Positions 18,815 to 28,407 of a DNA stretch of 64,000 bases are shown here, piece after piece. The DNA is taken from positions 288,001-352,000 of the IMG/VR virus record IMGVR_UViG_3300021978_000001; one strand, given 5' to 3'. Position 1 is the first letter of the stretch. Every line of letters begins with the position of its first letter. Position numbers and translations under genes: made by a program. The notes beneath the pieces were generated by a model that worked only from the letters and a program-made list of their open reading frames with translations, did not search any database and was not told the origin of the DNA. The stretch is from a virus (Duplodnaviria; Caudoviricetes).

Positions 18815-20197
18815 ATGGCAAAGAAACGACGCAAGATGATGATGACGCCCGAGCGCTTTCGTGTGCTCTTTGGTAGAGCGCTCTCCCGTAGTATGGAGAT
18901 GTGCTTGCGCGCAGATCATCCCATGGACCCGGAGGCGCTCCAGGTGATGGCGGTGACCTCGTTGGTGCCCGCTCTGGAGGGCGCTAACCTGTATCCCACG
19001 ACCCTCTGGGGGAGTGAGTATGGTGACGTGATCAAGGAAGAGGTGCGCGCGTGGCTTCATATGATGTCTTACCCCATGGGTGAGGATGAGCTTCGCCTGG
19101 ATGAGCCCTTCGAGGGCTACGCCACGGGGCTCGAATGGGCAGCACACACGCTCGTGCTCAATGACCTGACGCGTCCCGAATGGATGCCACAACATGAGAG
19201 CGGTAGCGAAGTCGCGCGTGCATCGAATGTGATGTTTCTCGTGGGGCAGCTTATTTTTTTCGTGTCTGTGGCCATCGAACTCGCATGCTCCCTGGTGTAT
19301 CCGGGCGTGCGACGCCAGACGCCTGGACTCAAAGAAGAGGCGTTGCACTTCCTGACGTGTTGTCAAGCGCGCTTCATGGCTTCGCCTCAACTCTTGCTGT
19401 CACTGAGCGATGATCCTCTCGTCAGGCTCGCGTGCACGATGAACATGCCTATCGAGTCGATGGGGGATGTGGACGGCGCGACCGAGCGTTCTCTCATCAA
19501 GACCATCACAGGATTGATGGATACAGGCAACAATGCGTTCTGCTTCGACGCTGAGACCACGGATGTGTTCAAGCAGACCGATGTCATGGGCTTGCCTCTC
19601 GAAGACATCAAGATGCCGTACAGCTCGTTTCAAATCCATACGCCGGATGATGAGGTGTTCTTCTCGTGTTATGACCTCCCTGATGGGGCGAGCATCTGGC
19701 AAGTGCATGTTTTTGACAAGAGCTGTGTGACCTTGCGTTGGCTCCCCGAGTACAAGACGCTCGGGGACGCGTGGGAGGCGTTGATTCCTATCTATGGGCA
19801 GATGAACCTTGATGAAGAGGTTTCGGAGCCCGCGCTGCGCGCCATGCATCTTATCGTGAACCTTGCTCTCTACTTGACTACAACGGCCCCTGTGGTCAAA
19901 ACTAAGGGTAGGGTGTCGCGCAAGACATCGCGGGGAGCTTCGACCTCACGTCGCAAAGGACGCGAGGAGCTGGTCACCCTGACTTCACTCAAGCGAAGCG
20001 TCGAGCCTGTTGTGGCTTACGCCAGCGGAGTGAACCGAGGAACACCCAACGCGCACTGGGTGCGAGGACACTGGCGCGCGCAGCCTGTAGGCAAGCGTGG
20101 TTCGGGCCAGACCAAGCGCATCTGGATTCAACCCTACTTGCGAGGTGAAGGGGATCTCCCTGAGACGCGTAAGTACACCGACGTCAAAGAGGCATGA
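18815..20197 (+). CDS. Phage protein with C-terminal HWVRGHWR motif
   Basis: PNAHWVRGHWRAQ...KRIWIQPYLRG basic C-terminus; RBS GGAGG. Confidence 0.8.
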   Translation: MAKKRRKMMMTPERFRVLFGRALSRSMEMCLRADHPMDPEALQVMAVTSLVPALEGANLYPTTLWGSEYGDVIKEEVRAWLHMMSYPMGEDELRLDEPFEGYATGLEWAAHTLVLNDLTRPEWMPQHESGSEVARASNVMFLVGQLIFFVSVAIELACSLVYPGVRRQTPGLKEEALHFLTCCQARFMASPQLLLSLSDDPLVRLACTMNMPIESMGDVDGATERSLIKTITGLMDTGNNAFCFDAETTDVFKQTDVMGLPLEDIKMPYSSFQIHTPDDEVFFSCYDLPDGASIWQVHVFDKSCVTLRWLPEYKTLGDAWEALIPIYGQMNLDEEVSEPALRAMHLIVNLALYLTTTAPVVKTKGRVSRKTSRGASTSRRKGREELVTLTSLKRSVEPVVAYASGVNRGTPNAHWVRGHWRAQPVGKRGSGQTKRIWIQPYLRGEGDLPETRKYTDVKEA

Positions 20198-20210
20198 CGC
20201 AGGAGACATC

Positions 20211-20573
20211 ATGGTCGAGCAACTGGAATTGGAGCTGGAGATCTGCGAGGAAGAGCTAGACCTCGACTTCAACGCGCTCACTGCTTCTCTGAACGCGTCA
20301 GGTGTTCAAGTGGTAGGACAAGCTCCCTGTCGTTACGCGACCGTGCTTGTCGAGGTCCACTTTGAGTTTCACACTCCGGCGCCCGGTCAAGTCCGGTGCG
20401 TCGTGCTCGATTTGCAACGCGAGGGTGCCTCTTTATTGGCGCTCGGAAGTTGGAATGCGTGGGGCTTTTCAGACGTGGTGGCGTTGCCCTGGCTCAACGC
20501 ATGGGGCCAGCTTTTCGACTTGCAACGTGAGGAGATTCGCGCGCGTGTCCAGGATCACTACCTGTCTTGCTAA
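20211..20573 (+). CDS. Hypothetical protein
   Basis: RBS AGGAG. Confidence 0.75.
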   Translation: MVEQLELELEICEEELDLDFNALTASLNASGVQVVGQAPCRYATVLVEVHFEFHTPAPGQVRCVVLDLQREGASLLALGSWNAWGFSDVVALPWLNAWGQLFDLQREEIRARVQDHYLSC

Positions 20574-20579
20574 GTAGGT

Positions 20580-21173
20580 TCAGATCTCGAAGCGACCACC
20601 GAGCGCCTCTGCTTTCAACGCGAGTCGATCCATGAGACGAAGGTTGTTTGCCAGGTAAGAGGTGCTCATGCGTCCGTTGCTGTGCGAGATACGGCACCGG
20701 ACGTGTTCGTGCTGAGAAGCCCACTTCAAGAAATCATCGAAGCGTGGAGGTTCCTGGAAGGTCTTGATGTGGGGGTGTCTCGATTGTCTTCCGTAGATCT
20801 CCAACGCTGTGATATGCAGGTAGGGTCGGTCGAGCGTGATCGCACACTTCGCGCGCCATTCTCTCCCATGCATTTCGCCCGAGATCGAACTGCGCATAGC
20901 CAGACGCTCTACAAGCTCCTCTGCGGTCTCTGTAGGCGCCGTCGTGCATTGCCACACCCCTTTCCCTCGCGTCCACATTTCGCGGCTCTCGAAGTCTTCC
21001 AGGGCGCCCTCGCTCCCATCCTCGAATGGAAACGTGAACCCGTCGAGAATGGTCGTGTCAGAGGGCCAGGGATAGCCTTGCTTCCCCACCACATAGGCTG
21101 ATCGGCTGCGGTGATCACGCGGTGTGTGTCGAGCCAGGTAACGTTGTGCGACTGTGCGAGCTATCTTGTTCAC
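20580..21173 (-). CDS. Hypothetical protein with KIARTVAQRYL N-terminus
   Basis: RBS AGGAGG, GTG start; upstream GTTTATAG. Confidence 0.8.
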   Translation of the reverse strand: MNKIARTVAQRYLARHTPRDHRSRSAYVVGKQGYPWPSDTTILDGFTFPFEDGSEGALEDFESREMWTRGKGVWQCTTAPTETAEELVERLAMRSSISGEMHGREWRAKCAITLDRPYLHITALEIYGRQSRHPHIKTFQEPPRFDDFLKWASQHEHVRCRISHSNGRMSTSYLANNLRLMDRLALKAEALGGRFEI

Positions 21174-21196
21174 GGGTACCTCCTGACTTACAGGGC

Positions 21197-21205
21197 TCTA
21201 TAAAC
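21197..21205 (-). promoter_or_regulatory. Candidate late-promoter motif GYTTRTAS (also 3092-3100, 8989-8997, 25290-25298, 36882-36890)
   Basis: GTTTATAGA about 25 nt upstream of start; recurs upstream of isolated minus-strand genes. Confidence 0.45.
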
Positions 21206-21214
21206 GAATTAGTC

Positions 21215-21243
21215 TTGACGCCTTGCCTATAGTGTAGTACCAA
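21215..21243 (+). promoter_or_regulatory. Early-type promoter
   Basis: TTGACG-17-TACCAA. Confidence 0.6.
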
Positions 21244-21279
21244 GAGGAGAGCTGACCCTTAAACTGATGGAGGCTTATC

Positions 21280-21762
21280 ATGGGCATGGCAGCATATCGT
21301 AGATTATACACACCCCCGAACTGGGAACTCGAAGAGGGCACGCCTGAACAGCGTGAGTTGCGAGACAAGGCCAGGGCCTTGGGGTTGGATCTCAAAGGGC
21401 TCAAACCCCTCAAGGGTGCGCTTTGGGCCTATTCCAATAACACCTTGTCGCTTGGCTCGAACAAGTACCCCTTCTATGTGTCCAAGCATCAAGAGAAGCG
21501 CCCCGAGCCCTTTCGCGCGTTGGGGTACACCATGTGGGAGACGGAAGAACGCTACACGTTTTACGATGATGGGGAGACGCTCAGGAGCTTGAGCGAGTCC
21601 TTCCCTGGCCATCTTTTCATCCTGGAGACGCTCGACGAAGAGGGTGGACGCTACGTGGTGTATGCGCGTGACGGTCAAAGCGAAGTCGTGGCTGTGGAGA
21701 TGGCTTTCCCCTCGTCCACGCTTTGTGATACGATTGACCGGGCCTGGAAGCCCAGTCTTTAG
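21280..21762 (+). CDS. Hypothetical protein, paralog of 21799..22284
   Basis: YTPPNWE...TPEQRELRDKARALGLDL. Confidence 0.8.
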   Translation: MGMAAYRRLYTPPNWELEEGTPEQRELRDKARALGLDLKGLKPLKGALWAYSNNTLSLGSNKYPFYVSKHQEKRPEPFRALGYTMWETEERYTFYDDGETLRSLSESFPGHLFILETLDEEGGRYVVYARDGQSEVVAVEMAFPSSTLCDTIDRAWKPSL

Positions 21763-21798
21763 GTGTTATCAACGTCTTGTTTCGTATAAGGAGCGCTC

Positions 21799-22284
21799 AT
21801 GGGATACTACAGTCACTTTACGTTCTACATGCCCCCGGGTTGGGAGCCCGTCATGCTCACGCCTGAACAGCGTCAGTTGGCGCAAGAAGCGAAACGTCTC
21901 GGGCTCGACCTCGCGCATGACGAGGCGATCGGCGGGGAGCTTTGGAGTTTTGACCCGGCGGAAGAAGTTTTCCGCTTCGGAGGGTACGAGTTCTGGGAAC
22001 ATCGTCGGGGCTTTGATGAGAAGCTCAAGGCGCAAGGTTGGAGGTGTTGGTCTGCTGATGAACGGTTCAAGTTCTATCAGCACAAGAAAGCCTTCCTGGA
22101 GATGTCCAGGCACTACCGGGACCAGCTCATCATCGAAGAGGCGCTCACCGAAGAAAGCGGACGCTTCGTCAATTACTACTACAACGGGACGTGTGAGAGC
22201 TTCGTCGTCAAGATGACCTATCCTGTGCCTGAAAAGCTGGGCGTCGAGGGGGTTAACCTGGTGCCCTGGGAACCGTACAGGTGA
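21799..22284 (+). CDS. Hypothetical protein, paralog of 21280..21762
   Basis: YMPPGWE...TPEQRQLAQEAKRLGLDL. Confidence 0.8.
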   Translation: MGYYSHFTFYMPPGWEPVMLTPEQRQLAQEAKRLGLDLAHDEAIGGELWSFDPAEEVFRFGGYEFWEHRRGFDEKLKAQGWRCWSADERFKFYQHKKAFLEMSRHYRDQLIIEEALTEESGRFVNYYYNGTCESFVVKMTYPVPEKLGVEGVNLVPWEPYR

Positions 22285-22324
22285 CAAGAGTCACGGGTAC
22301 GAGACTCAAGATAACGAGAAGACC

Positions 22325-22495
22325 ATGATCTTGTACATATGTATCGGAGGCATCTGCTGTGTAGGCATCGCGCTCGCGACGCTCATTGCGTATGACCTGG
22401 GCAACAAGAAAGGTTATGCGGCAGGATATAGCCGTGGACTCGACCATGCGCAGGTCATCGCGAGCGCCATGACGCGAGCGCGGGATAACAAGTGA
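22325..22495 (+). CDS. Small membrane protein
   Basis: Manually found, 56 aa: MILYICIGGICCVGIALATLIAYDLGNKKGYAAGY... Confidence 0.6.
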   Translation: MILYICIGGICCVGIALATLIAYDLGNKKGYAAGYSRGLDHAQVIASAMTRARDNK

Positions 22496-22512
22496 CTCCG
22501 GGGATTTCGGAA

Positions 22513-22701
22513 ATGCTCATACACATCTTCGTACTTGTGGTGCTATGTGTTTGGGCTATGACGCTGTGGCGCGCCTACCGCTGGGGCTACAGGAAAGGGC
22601 GGATCGAACAACAAGACCGTGAGCTAAGACGGCGCAAGAGAGAACTCGAACGCTTGATTGACATGGTGCAACGTTTTCTTGTGACAGGAGAAGAGGAATG
22701 A
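22513..22701 (+). CDS. Small membrane protein
   Basis: N-terminal TM then basic coiled tail. Confidence 0.65.
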   Translation: MLIHIFVLVVLCVWAMTLWRAYRWGYRKGRIEQQDRELRRRKRELERLIDMVQRFLVTGEEE

Positions 22702-23027
22702 CAGATATACTCGTGCGTGTCCCGAAAAGAGAGGTCGAGCACTTCTGGGAACCGATTGGACCTGACCGTGTGGCATGGTGGACGCTTTCGCGCGCCCCCA
22801 AGGATTGCGGTGTGGGAGATACGATTTGGTTTCAGATCGAGGATGAGGTGGTCGCCAGCGCCAAGGTGACGTTCGTGGATACGGAAGAGCGGGAGTGTGA
22901 CTCCACAGGTCGCGCGTGGAACGGTGTGCACCTGGGCTGGGAGGGTGGCACCTTGAAAAAGCTCGATAAGCCGCGCACAGGTGAGAAGCTCACGCGCGGC
23001 TTCATGTACTACAACACGGACAAGTGA
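22698..23027 (+). CDS. ASCH/PUA-like protein
   Basis: WWTLSRAPKDCGVGDTIWF...VVASAKV pattern. Confidence 0.55.
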   Translation: MTDILVRVPKREVEHFWEPIGPDRVAWWTLSRAPKDCGVGDTIWFQIEDEVVASAKVTFVDTEERECDSTGRAWNGVHLGWEGGTLKKLDKPRTGEKLTRGFMYYNTDK

Positions 23028-23212
23028 TGCACAGTTTCATTGCCCTGGATTGGATCGCCATAGGCTTTCTTGTTGCCGCCACGCTACAGATCTCGAACAG
23101 CGTGAGACTCATCGCAAAAGCGCTCGGCATCTCGGAGACCTTACATAGGCTCACGTATGATCGTGAGCGCGAGCACTTGAGTCTCACAGACGGCACAGAC
23201 GGTACACCGTAA
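23024..23212 (+). CDS. Small membrane protein
   Basis: One TM helix; GTGA overlap. Confidence 0.6.
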   Translation: MMHSFIALDWIAIGFLVAATLQISNSVRLIAKALGISETLHRLTYDREREHLSLTDGTDGTP

Positions 23213-23223
23213 GGAGAAGCTCG

Positions 23224-23430
23224 ATGGAACTAATACTGCTTATCATCACCCTCACGGGTGCTATCACCGTCATCATGTTTGTCGTGCTCGTGGTCGCGCT
23301 GATTCGCGCGATGCTCACGGCTAACATCGAGTTTGCCCCTCCCTCAGAAGGGGAGGTTGCGCGCGCTCGCGCGTTGGAAGAGAAGCGCCGCAAGTTTCAA
23401 GAGGGGTCTGGTATCTCGGATGGCTCGTGA
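23224..23430 (+). CDS. Small membrane protein
   Basis: Long N-terminal TM; RBS AAGGAG. Confidence 0.7.
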   Translation: MELILLIITLTGAITVIMFVVLVVALIRAMLTANIEFAPPSEGEVARARALEEKRRKFQEGSGISDGS

Positions 23431-23750
23431 GAGTATCCGGGATGCACGACGCTGACATCCAGGTAGCCACCACCGCCATGGTAGTGGATGCCCCAGGCTC
23501 TTCGACCGTGTGGTTTTAGCTCGGGACCGTCGAGCCACACAGACTCATCCTGCAACGCATCCTTGAATGCCTCTACAAGCTCCGTAGGGCTCGATGCCTC
23601 TTCGGTCCAGGCCATGGCGAGGAAATCAGCGTCCTTCCCGAGAGAGCCGTGCAGCGCGAGCGCATAACCGTGTTGACGCGCCACGTAGATCAAGCGCGCG
23701 TACATCCACACGTAGGTGGGAGAGTTGGCCTTGGGTTTCTTCTCGGTCAC
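23397..23750 (-). CDS. Conserved-type phage protein (HGSL-x2-D-x-D; nucleotidyltransferase-like?)
   Basis: GYALALHGSLGKDADFLAMAW, KPHGRRAW. Confidence 0.7.
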   Translation of the reverse strand: MTEKKPKANSPTYVWMYARLIYVARQHGYALALHGSLGKDADFLAMAWTEEASSPTELVEAFKDALQDESVWLDGPELKPHGRRAWGIHYHGGGGYLDVSVVHPGYSHEPSEIPDPS

Positions 23751-23777
23751 GCTGAACTCCTATACTGCACGCTCGGG

Positions 23778-24344
23778 TCAATCGTTCAAGTGACGTGTCA
23801 GCCTGAGCAGGTGTGCGATGGGTTTTGTGATCAGATCTGCACGACGCGCCATGCGGTTGATCCGGTTGCTCTCCTGGGGAGAGAGTTTGTATTGTACCTT
23901 GATTGGCACTTCCAGGTCACGCTCCATTGTTCCTACGTGAGATGCCACGCTGACATCCATTGTGATGGTCCCCTCATAGGTGAGCAGATCACGCCCGATC
24001 TGGCGCGTGTTCAGCTTGAGCCTCACGGGTGTCCTCGGGTAGTAGAACTCACCCTCCATCATCTCTTCGAGCGCGTCCAGGGTATCTCCAGGGAAGCTGC
24101 GGTCCACACGCGTGTAGGATTCGAGCGCCTGTTGCATGATCCTTTTCGCGGCGGGGATGTCCACCTTGACGCTCAGGTTGCCTTTTGCTTCCCAGACCTC
24201 GGGCGCGCCATTGGTAAGGATGCGCGTGATCGTCGGTGGGATTCTCGGGGAGGTCTTGAGGTTGAGATCACGTTCGAGCACGACCCCAAAGAGCCTGACA
24301 GGGGCCTCTGCTTCAGTGACGTCTATGGTAAGGATATACTGCAT
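23778..24344 (-). CDS. Hypothetical protein
   Basis: RBS GAGG; co-oriented with 24350..25255. Confidence 0.75.
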   Translation of the reverse strand: MQYILTIDVTEAEAPVRLFGVVLERDLNLKTSPRIPPTITRILTNGAPEVWEAKGNLSVKVDIPAAKRIMQQALESYTRVDRSFPGDTLDALEEMMEGEFYYPRTPVRLKLNTRQIGRDLLTYEGTITMDVSVASHVGTMERDLEVPIKVQYKLSPQESNRINRMARRADLITKPIAHLLRLTRHLND

Positions 24345-24349
24345 GAGGC

Positions 24350-25255
24350 TTACCTCGCTTGCTTGAGGAGCCAGGACCACCAGGCTTTCGCGCCGCGTGA
24401 TCCAGGTCCCACAGTGATGTAACTGTAGTCCTCATCGTTTTCTGCTTCGAGGAGATGGGGCTCTCGTGTGAGGATGTTTTTGAGATAGGGCAACAGCTCG
24501 TTCACGCGCATCTCTTCGAGGCTCTGGTAGAGCTTCTTGAGAACGCGTTGCTTCTGCTTGCGGTCAAGGTTCTTGCCCATGCTCTTGAACAGCTTGGTGT
24601 CGGATTGAGACAGGTATGCGTTCAAGGGCGCGCGTCCCTCGAAGATGCCGTCCAGGTTGAAGCTGTCGATGGCCAGGACTTCCGGGGCATAAAACAGGAT
24701 GTCATTCAACGAACCTCGCCCCACCCGCGCGAACTTGAGCTGTTCTTCGATGGCCAGGATCAGGGCACGGTGAGCCGAGCTTACTGCCTGGCTGATCATG
24801 GCACTGATTTCGTAGTCCGTGCTGATGTACTCTTGCCTGGACCCAGGGCCTCCTCGGAAATGCAAGGCCCCTTCCTTTTCATCGAGGAAGTGGGTGATCT
24901 CGTGTACCAGTCTTGACGCGATGCTCGGATCACGTGGCGTGTCCGGGTCTTCGAGCTGCTCGGGCTTGATCTTGATGTGGATCTTGTTCTGGCCGATCTC
25001 GTAATACCCTTGACTCGGGCGGTCGAGCTTGGTCCTGAATTGAATGATCAGGTACGTGTGGTCAGGGAACTCGGGTAAGACCTTCTCGACACGTAGAGTG
25101 ATCTGCACCAGTTTCTCCCCACGAAAGCGTCGGGTTGCCCAAGGTTGCTTGAGCAAGTACGCGTAGAGTAGCCGCGCTTTCCGTTGCCTTTCGCGTGCAG
25201 GTGCGCCTGCTCGACGTTCTAGGCAGTAAAAGGCAGCGACACGTTTATATAGCAT
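24350..25255 (-). CDS. HExxH metallopeptidase-like protein with KRVAAFY N-terminus
   Basis: LVHEITHFLD...YISTDYEISA; upstream GTTTATAC. Confidence 0.75.
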   Translation of the reverse strand: MLYKRVAAFYCLERRAGAPARERQRKARLLYAYLLKQPWATRRFRGEKLVQITLRVEKVLPEFPDHTYLIIQFRTKLDRPSQGYYEIGQNKIHIKIKPEQLEDPDTPRDPSIASRLVHEITHFLDEKEGALHFRGGPGSRQEYISTDYEISAMISQAVSSAHRALILAIEEQLKFARVGRGSLNDILFYAPEVLAIDSFNLDGIFEGRAPLNAYLSQSDTKLFKSMGKNLDRKQKQRVLKKLYQSLEEMRVNELLPYLKNILTREPHLLEAENDEDYSYITVGPGSRGAKAWWSWLLKQAR

Positions 25256-25301
25256 GATGGCCTCACAGGTTAGCTTCCAGAGATCATGCTGTATAAACCG
25301 A

Positions 25302-25661
25302 TCATTCCTCCACAGGGAGCACCGGGTTGATCTGCTCACCGCCCGAACCTTCACCACTCACGTTTTTGCATTCCTTGCACCAGGATTGCCAGTATGCCTT
25401 GCCGCGCTTTTTCATCACGCGCACACCAAAGTGTAGCATCAAGGCATCGGTGCCTTGCGCTTCGAGCATGCAGTTCGGGCACGCGTGCGTCATGGTTTCC
25501 CACAGGTCCAGTGCCATGACCTCTTCGAGCGCTTGCTCTTGTGGAATCTTGAAGCGGTTTGCGAGCGCGTTCGCGAACGTGTCTGCCTTGTCTTTGGTGA
25601 CGTTGACGTGACTGTGGAGCCACTTGGTGGCCCATACGATGCGGTCTTGCTTCGTGCTCAT
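25302..25661 (-). CDS. Zn-ribbon protein
   Basis: CPNC...FGVR...QSWCKEC; RBS AGGAGG; own promoter 25708-25737 (TTTACA-18-TAAAAG). Confidence 0.8.
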   Translation of the reverse strand: MSTKQDRIVWATKWLHSHVNVTKDKADTFANALANRFKIPQEQALEEVMALDLWETMTHACPNCMLEAQGTDALMLHFGVRVMKKRGKAYWQSWCKECKNVSGEGSGGEQINPVLPVEE

Positions 25662-25915
25662 GTTATCCTCCTACTTCCATAACCAGGGGGTCGTCAATAC
25701 TCCACTCCTTTTACCACAAGGGTAGGCTAGGTGTAAAGTAAAACTGTAAAAATAAGCAGTACAGTGGGGGTTGGTTTCGTGGCGAGGCTTTGTATCTCTA
25801 CTTTGATATACTCTGACATTTATGTCACTGTTTTGCATACAAGCCTTGAGCACGGCACAGATACCGAGGTGTAGAAAGCGAAACAGGTCTTAAAGTCTTT
25901 TAGAAGGCTTTTCTT

Positions 25916-25944
25916 TTTACACATAACCTGTCTTATGGTAACAG
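25916..25944 (+). promoter_or_regulatory. Early-type promoter
   Basis: TTTACA-17(TTATGG)-TAACAG with A/C-rich leader. Confidence 0.75.
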
Positions 25945-26009
25945 TAATCGTAACTAGCCAGCACGACACGACACGATACACCACAGTACGGAAGACAAGG
26001 AAGGACATC

Positions 26010-26396
26010 ATGACGGAAGCAATCTATGTTGGTACGACCCCCGCAGGCGTCATCTGGAATTGGTACGGTAGAGGGGAGTTGGAGACGATGCGCGAACGCT
26101 TCGAGGTGGTGTGTCGCCAACAGCGCGCCGCCAAGCTCGTAGGCCGCGTGATCATGCACCGATGCTTCAACAAGCATCGCCGTGGTGTGGTTGTGGCGCG
26201 CTCGAAGGACGGGCACGAGGTGCTCGTGAAGATGAACATCTCGATGTACAACGGAAAGTACCGTGAGACACGGTACTTTGTTGCTGCCACCGACGATCCC
26301 AGGTGGTTGCAGTACCAGGGTGTGGTTTTCAACGTGGAAATGCTTCGTTCCTACAAGGAAGGCGAGCTTCCCCTGAAGTGGCAAGACCGCTTGTGA
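26010..26396 (+). CDS. Hypothetical protein
   Basis: RBS AAGGAAGGA. Confidence 0.8.
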   Translation: MTEAIYVGTTPAGVIWNWYGRGELETMRERFEVVCRQQRAAKLVGRVIMHRCFNKHRRGVVVARSKDGHEVLVKMNISMYNGKYRETRYFVAATDDPRWLQYQGVVFNVEMLRSYKEGELPLKWQDRL

Positions 26397-26436
26397 GCCT
26401 CTACGTGTCCTCTCGAAGAAAAGACCTCACTTTCCT

Positions 26437-26465
26437 TTTACGGTAGTGGGGTCTTCTGGTATCAG
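26437..26465 (+). promoter_or_regulatory. Early-type promoter with AAGTGTACG leader
   Basis: TTTACG-17-TATCAG then TAAGTGTACGGTACGA. Confidence 0.8.
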
Positions 26466-26509
26466 TAAGTGTACGGTACGAGATACGACAACGAGACGAG
26501 AGGGATACC

Positions 26510-26989
26510 ATGCAAGACTATGATTACGACATGCCCGAGATTATCCGCAGCTCCAAGCATACCGCACGCAAGGACCACACAGACAAGTGTGAGTGCTGCA
26601 AGGGCCGCATCCTCAAGGGCCAGACGTACACCCTCGAAGTCGGGCTTGACATCCACGGGGATTTCTTCACCTCGAAAACCCACGTCGGGCGTTGCCACCT
26701 GCGCTACTGGGGCATCACTGAGGGCGAGGTGCTCGGTGAGGTTCGCAGCGCAGAAGCCAAGCCCTACATCACCGAGTACACCCGCAGCGACCTTCGCGAG
26801 AAGGCGGAAGCGGTCGAAGACCCCGAGCGTCGTGCCAGCCTCAAGGCACGCATCGCCAAAATCAAAACGGTCTGGGAATGTCCACACACAGGGTGTATGA
26901 TGTACGATGACCGCACGCCGGTGGACCCTGAGAGGTTCAAGAAGGCTGTGGAACGTATGCGCGCTCAGGACGCCGCGATGGGCTGGTGA
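26510..26989 (+). CDS. Hypothetical Cys/His Zn-binding protein
   Basis: ARKDHTDKCECCKGRI...HVGRC. Confidence 0.8.
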   Translation: MQDYDYDMPEIIRSSKHTARKDHTDKCECCKGRILKGQTYTLEVGLDIHGDFFTSKTHVGRCHLRYWGITEGEVLGEVRSAEAKPYITEYTRSDLREKAEAVEDPERRASLKARIAKIKTVWECPHTGCMMYDDRTPVDPERFKKAVERMRAQDAAMGW

Positions 26990-27047
26990 ACCTGTCCACA
27001 CATAGGCGAGATGCTTCGAGCGCGCTTTTCATAAGGGAGGTGCGCTC

Positions 27048-27476
27048 GTGATCGTTGGAACCAAATCATGCAACTGGACTTTAAACCATAACCGGCTCGA
27101 ACTCGGGAGAGACGCAGACAATGTGCGCCGCTCACTCGATTTCCCGGCGAGTTTGATCACGACAGTGCCCGTGGTCGAAACGTCGATCCGTCTCACGGAC
27201 AAGGGCGTGGTGTGGTCTCAGGGGCACATGGTCCTGACCATGCGTTGGGGCGGTGCGCTCTCGAACAAGCTCTTGATGTGCTTGCAGGATGAGGGCGAGG
27301 TGTTCAAGGTGCGCAACGGTAAGATTCATGGGAGGTGGTCGTTTACGATCATCCGTGGCCGTCAACTTCAAATCATCCCCGTGAAGGCTTCGGTTACCTA
27401 TACCGAGTGCGAGCCTTACCGAGACAGCCTCATTCAGTGGTACAAGGATAACTATAACGCGGAGGAGACAGAATGA
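27048..27476 (+). CDS. Hypothetical protein, paralog of 27473..27916
   Basis: MIVGTKSCNW ... CEPYRDSL. Confidence 0.8.
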   Translation: MIVGTKSCNWTLNHNRLELGRDADNVRRSLDFPASLITTVPVVETSIRLTDKGVVWSQGHMVLTMRWGGALSNKLLMCLQDEGEVFKVRNGKIHGRWSFTIIRGRQLQIIPVKASVTYTECEPYRDSLIQWYKDNYNAEETE

Positions 27477-27916
27477 TTGTAGGAACAAAGGCATGTAGCT
27501 GGAAGCTCGATAGGTGGTCCCACCTTGGCAAGCGATGGCGCAAGGATGGGTTCGATGCGGTTAATTTCATGGATTCGAGGCTCACGGCGATCCCTATCAT
27601 CCAGGGGTCGGTGACGTTCCTGGACGCGCGCCCCTGGATGAAATTCAATGATGGACATGATGACTGGACGATCCCTGTGCAAGATTCTTTCTGCAATGAC
27701 GTCCTGGCCGCGCTGTGTTCGAGCAAGGGCGATTACACCTTACGCTCAGGCGCCGTACACGGGCTGTGGGGGCTTCGCAAGAACGGAACCGTAATCGTGC
27801 TCACCCTCCCGCATCTTATCCCTGGTAGCGTGGACTGGGAGCCTTGCGCGCCCTACCGAGAAACGCTCTGCACGTTCCTCGAAAACCACGGCGCTGATAC
27901 GCGGATCACAAAATAG
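27473..27916 (+). CDS. Hypothetical protein, paralog of 27048..27476
   Basis: MIVGTKACSW ... CAPYRETL. Confidence 0.8.
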   Translation: MIVGTKACSWKLDRWSHLGKRWRKDGFDAVNFMDSRLTAIPIIQGSVTFLDARPWMKFNDGHDDWTIPVQDSFCNDVLAALCSSKGDYTLRSGAVHGLWGLRKNGTVIVLTLPHLIPGSVDWEPCAPYRETLCTFLENHGADTRITK

Positions 27917-27929
27917 TTGTGAGAAAGTT

Positions 27930-27958
27930 TTTACGCCCCCTAATCCTTGAGGTATCGG
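27930..27958 (+). promoter_or_regulatory. Early-type promoter with AAGTGTACG leader
   Basis: TTTACG-17-TATCGG then TAAGTGTACGGAACGACAACAC. Confidence 0.8.
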
Positions 27959-27999
27959 TAAGTGTACGGAACGACAACACAGACTGATACGACACGAGA

Positions 28000-28407
28000 G
28001 TGACGACCGCAGATACCTACCCACGCCGCTACTCCGCAAAGTACGAAGAAACCAAGGGCTTGAGCAACAAAGAGCTTGCAAAGCTCGTCCGCAAGGACAT
28101 CAAGGCTGCGATCAAGGCAGGCGATCTCCCCAAGATCAAGACCAGCGTGCGCAGCAGGTCGGGCGCGATTGATTGTGAGATTAAGGAAGTCCCCTTCGAT
28201 GTCTTCAGGTACCCTACCGAAGACGAGGTGAAGTGGGAGAACCGCAACCCCAAGTGGCGCAACGTCATGACGGACGAAGCCAAGCGCGTCAGGAACTTCG
28301 TCGAAGCCTTGCGTAACGCTTACAACTTCAACGGCTCGGATGCGCAGAGAGATTACTTTGACCTGCGTTACTACGGGGGCACGCAGTACAGCACGGGCCT
28401 CAAGTGA
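28000..28407 (+). CDS. LPD29-like (large polyvalent protein-associated) protein
   Basis: KLVRKDIK...KTSVRS...AYNFNGSDAQRDYFDLRYY pattern. Confidence 0.65.
   Translation: MTTADTYPRRYSAKYEETKGLSNKELAKLVRKDIKAAIKAGDLPKIKTSVRSRSGAIDCEIKEVPFDVFRYPTEDEVKWENRNPKWRNVMTDEAKRVRNFVEALRNAYNFNGSDAQRDYFDLRYYGGTQYSTGLK

Noticed and set aside
26510-26989. Member of the FGEVRS family (LGEVRS)
   Set aside because: Motif is internal and lacks the downstream W/Y pattern; likely coincidence
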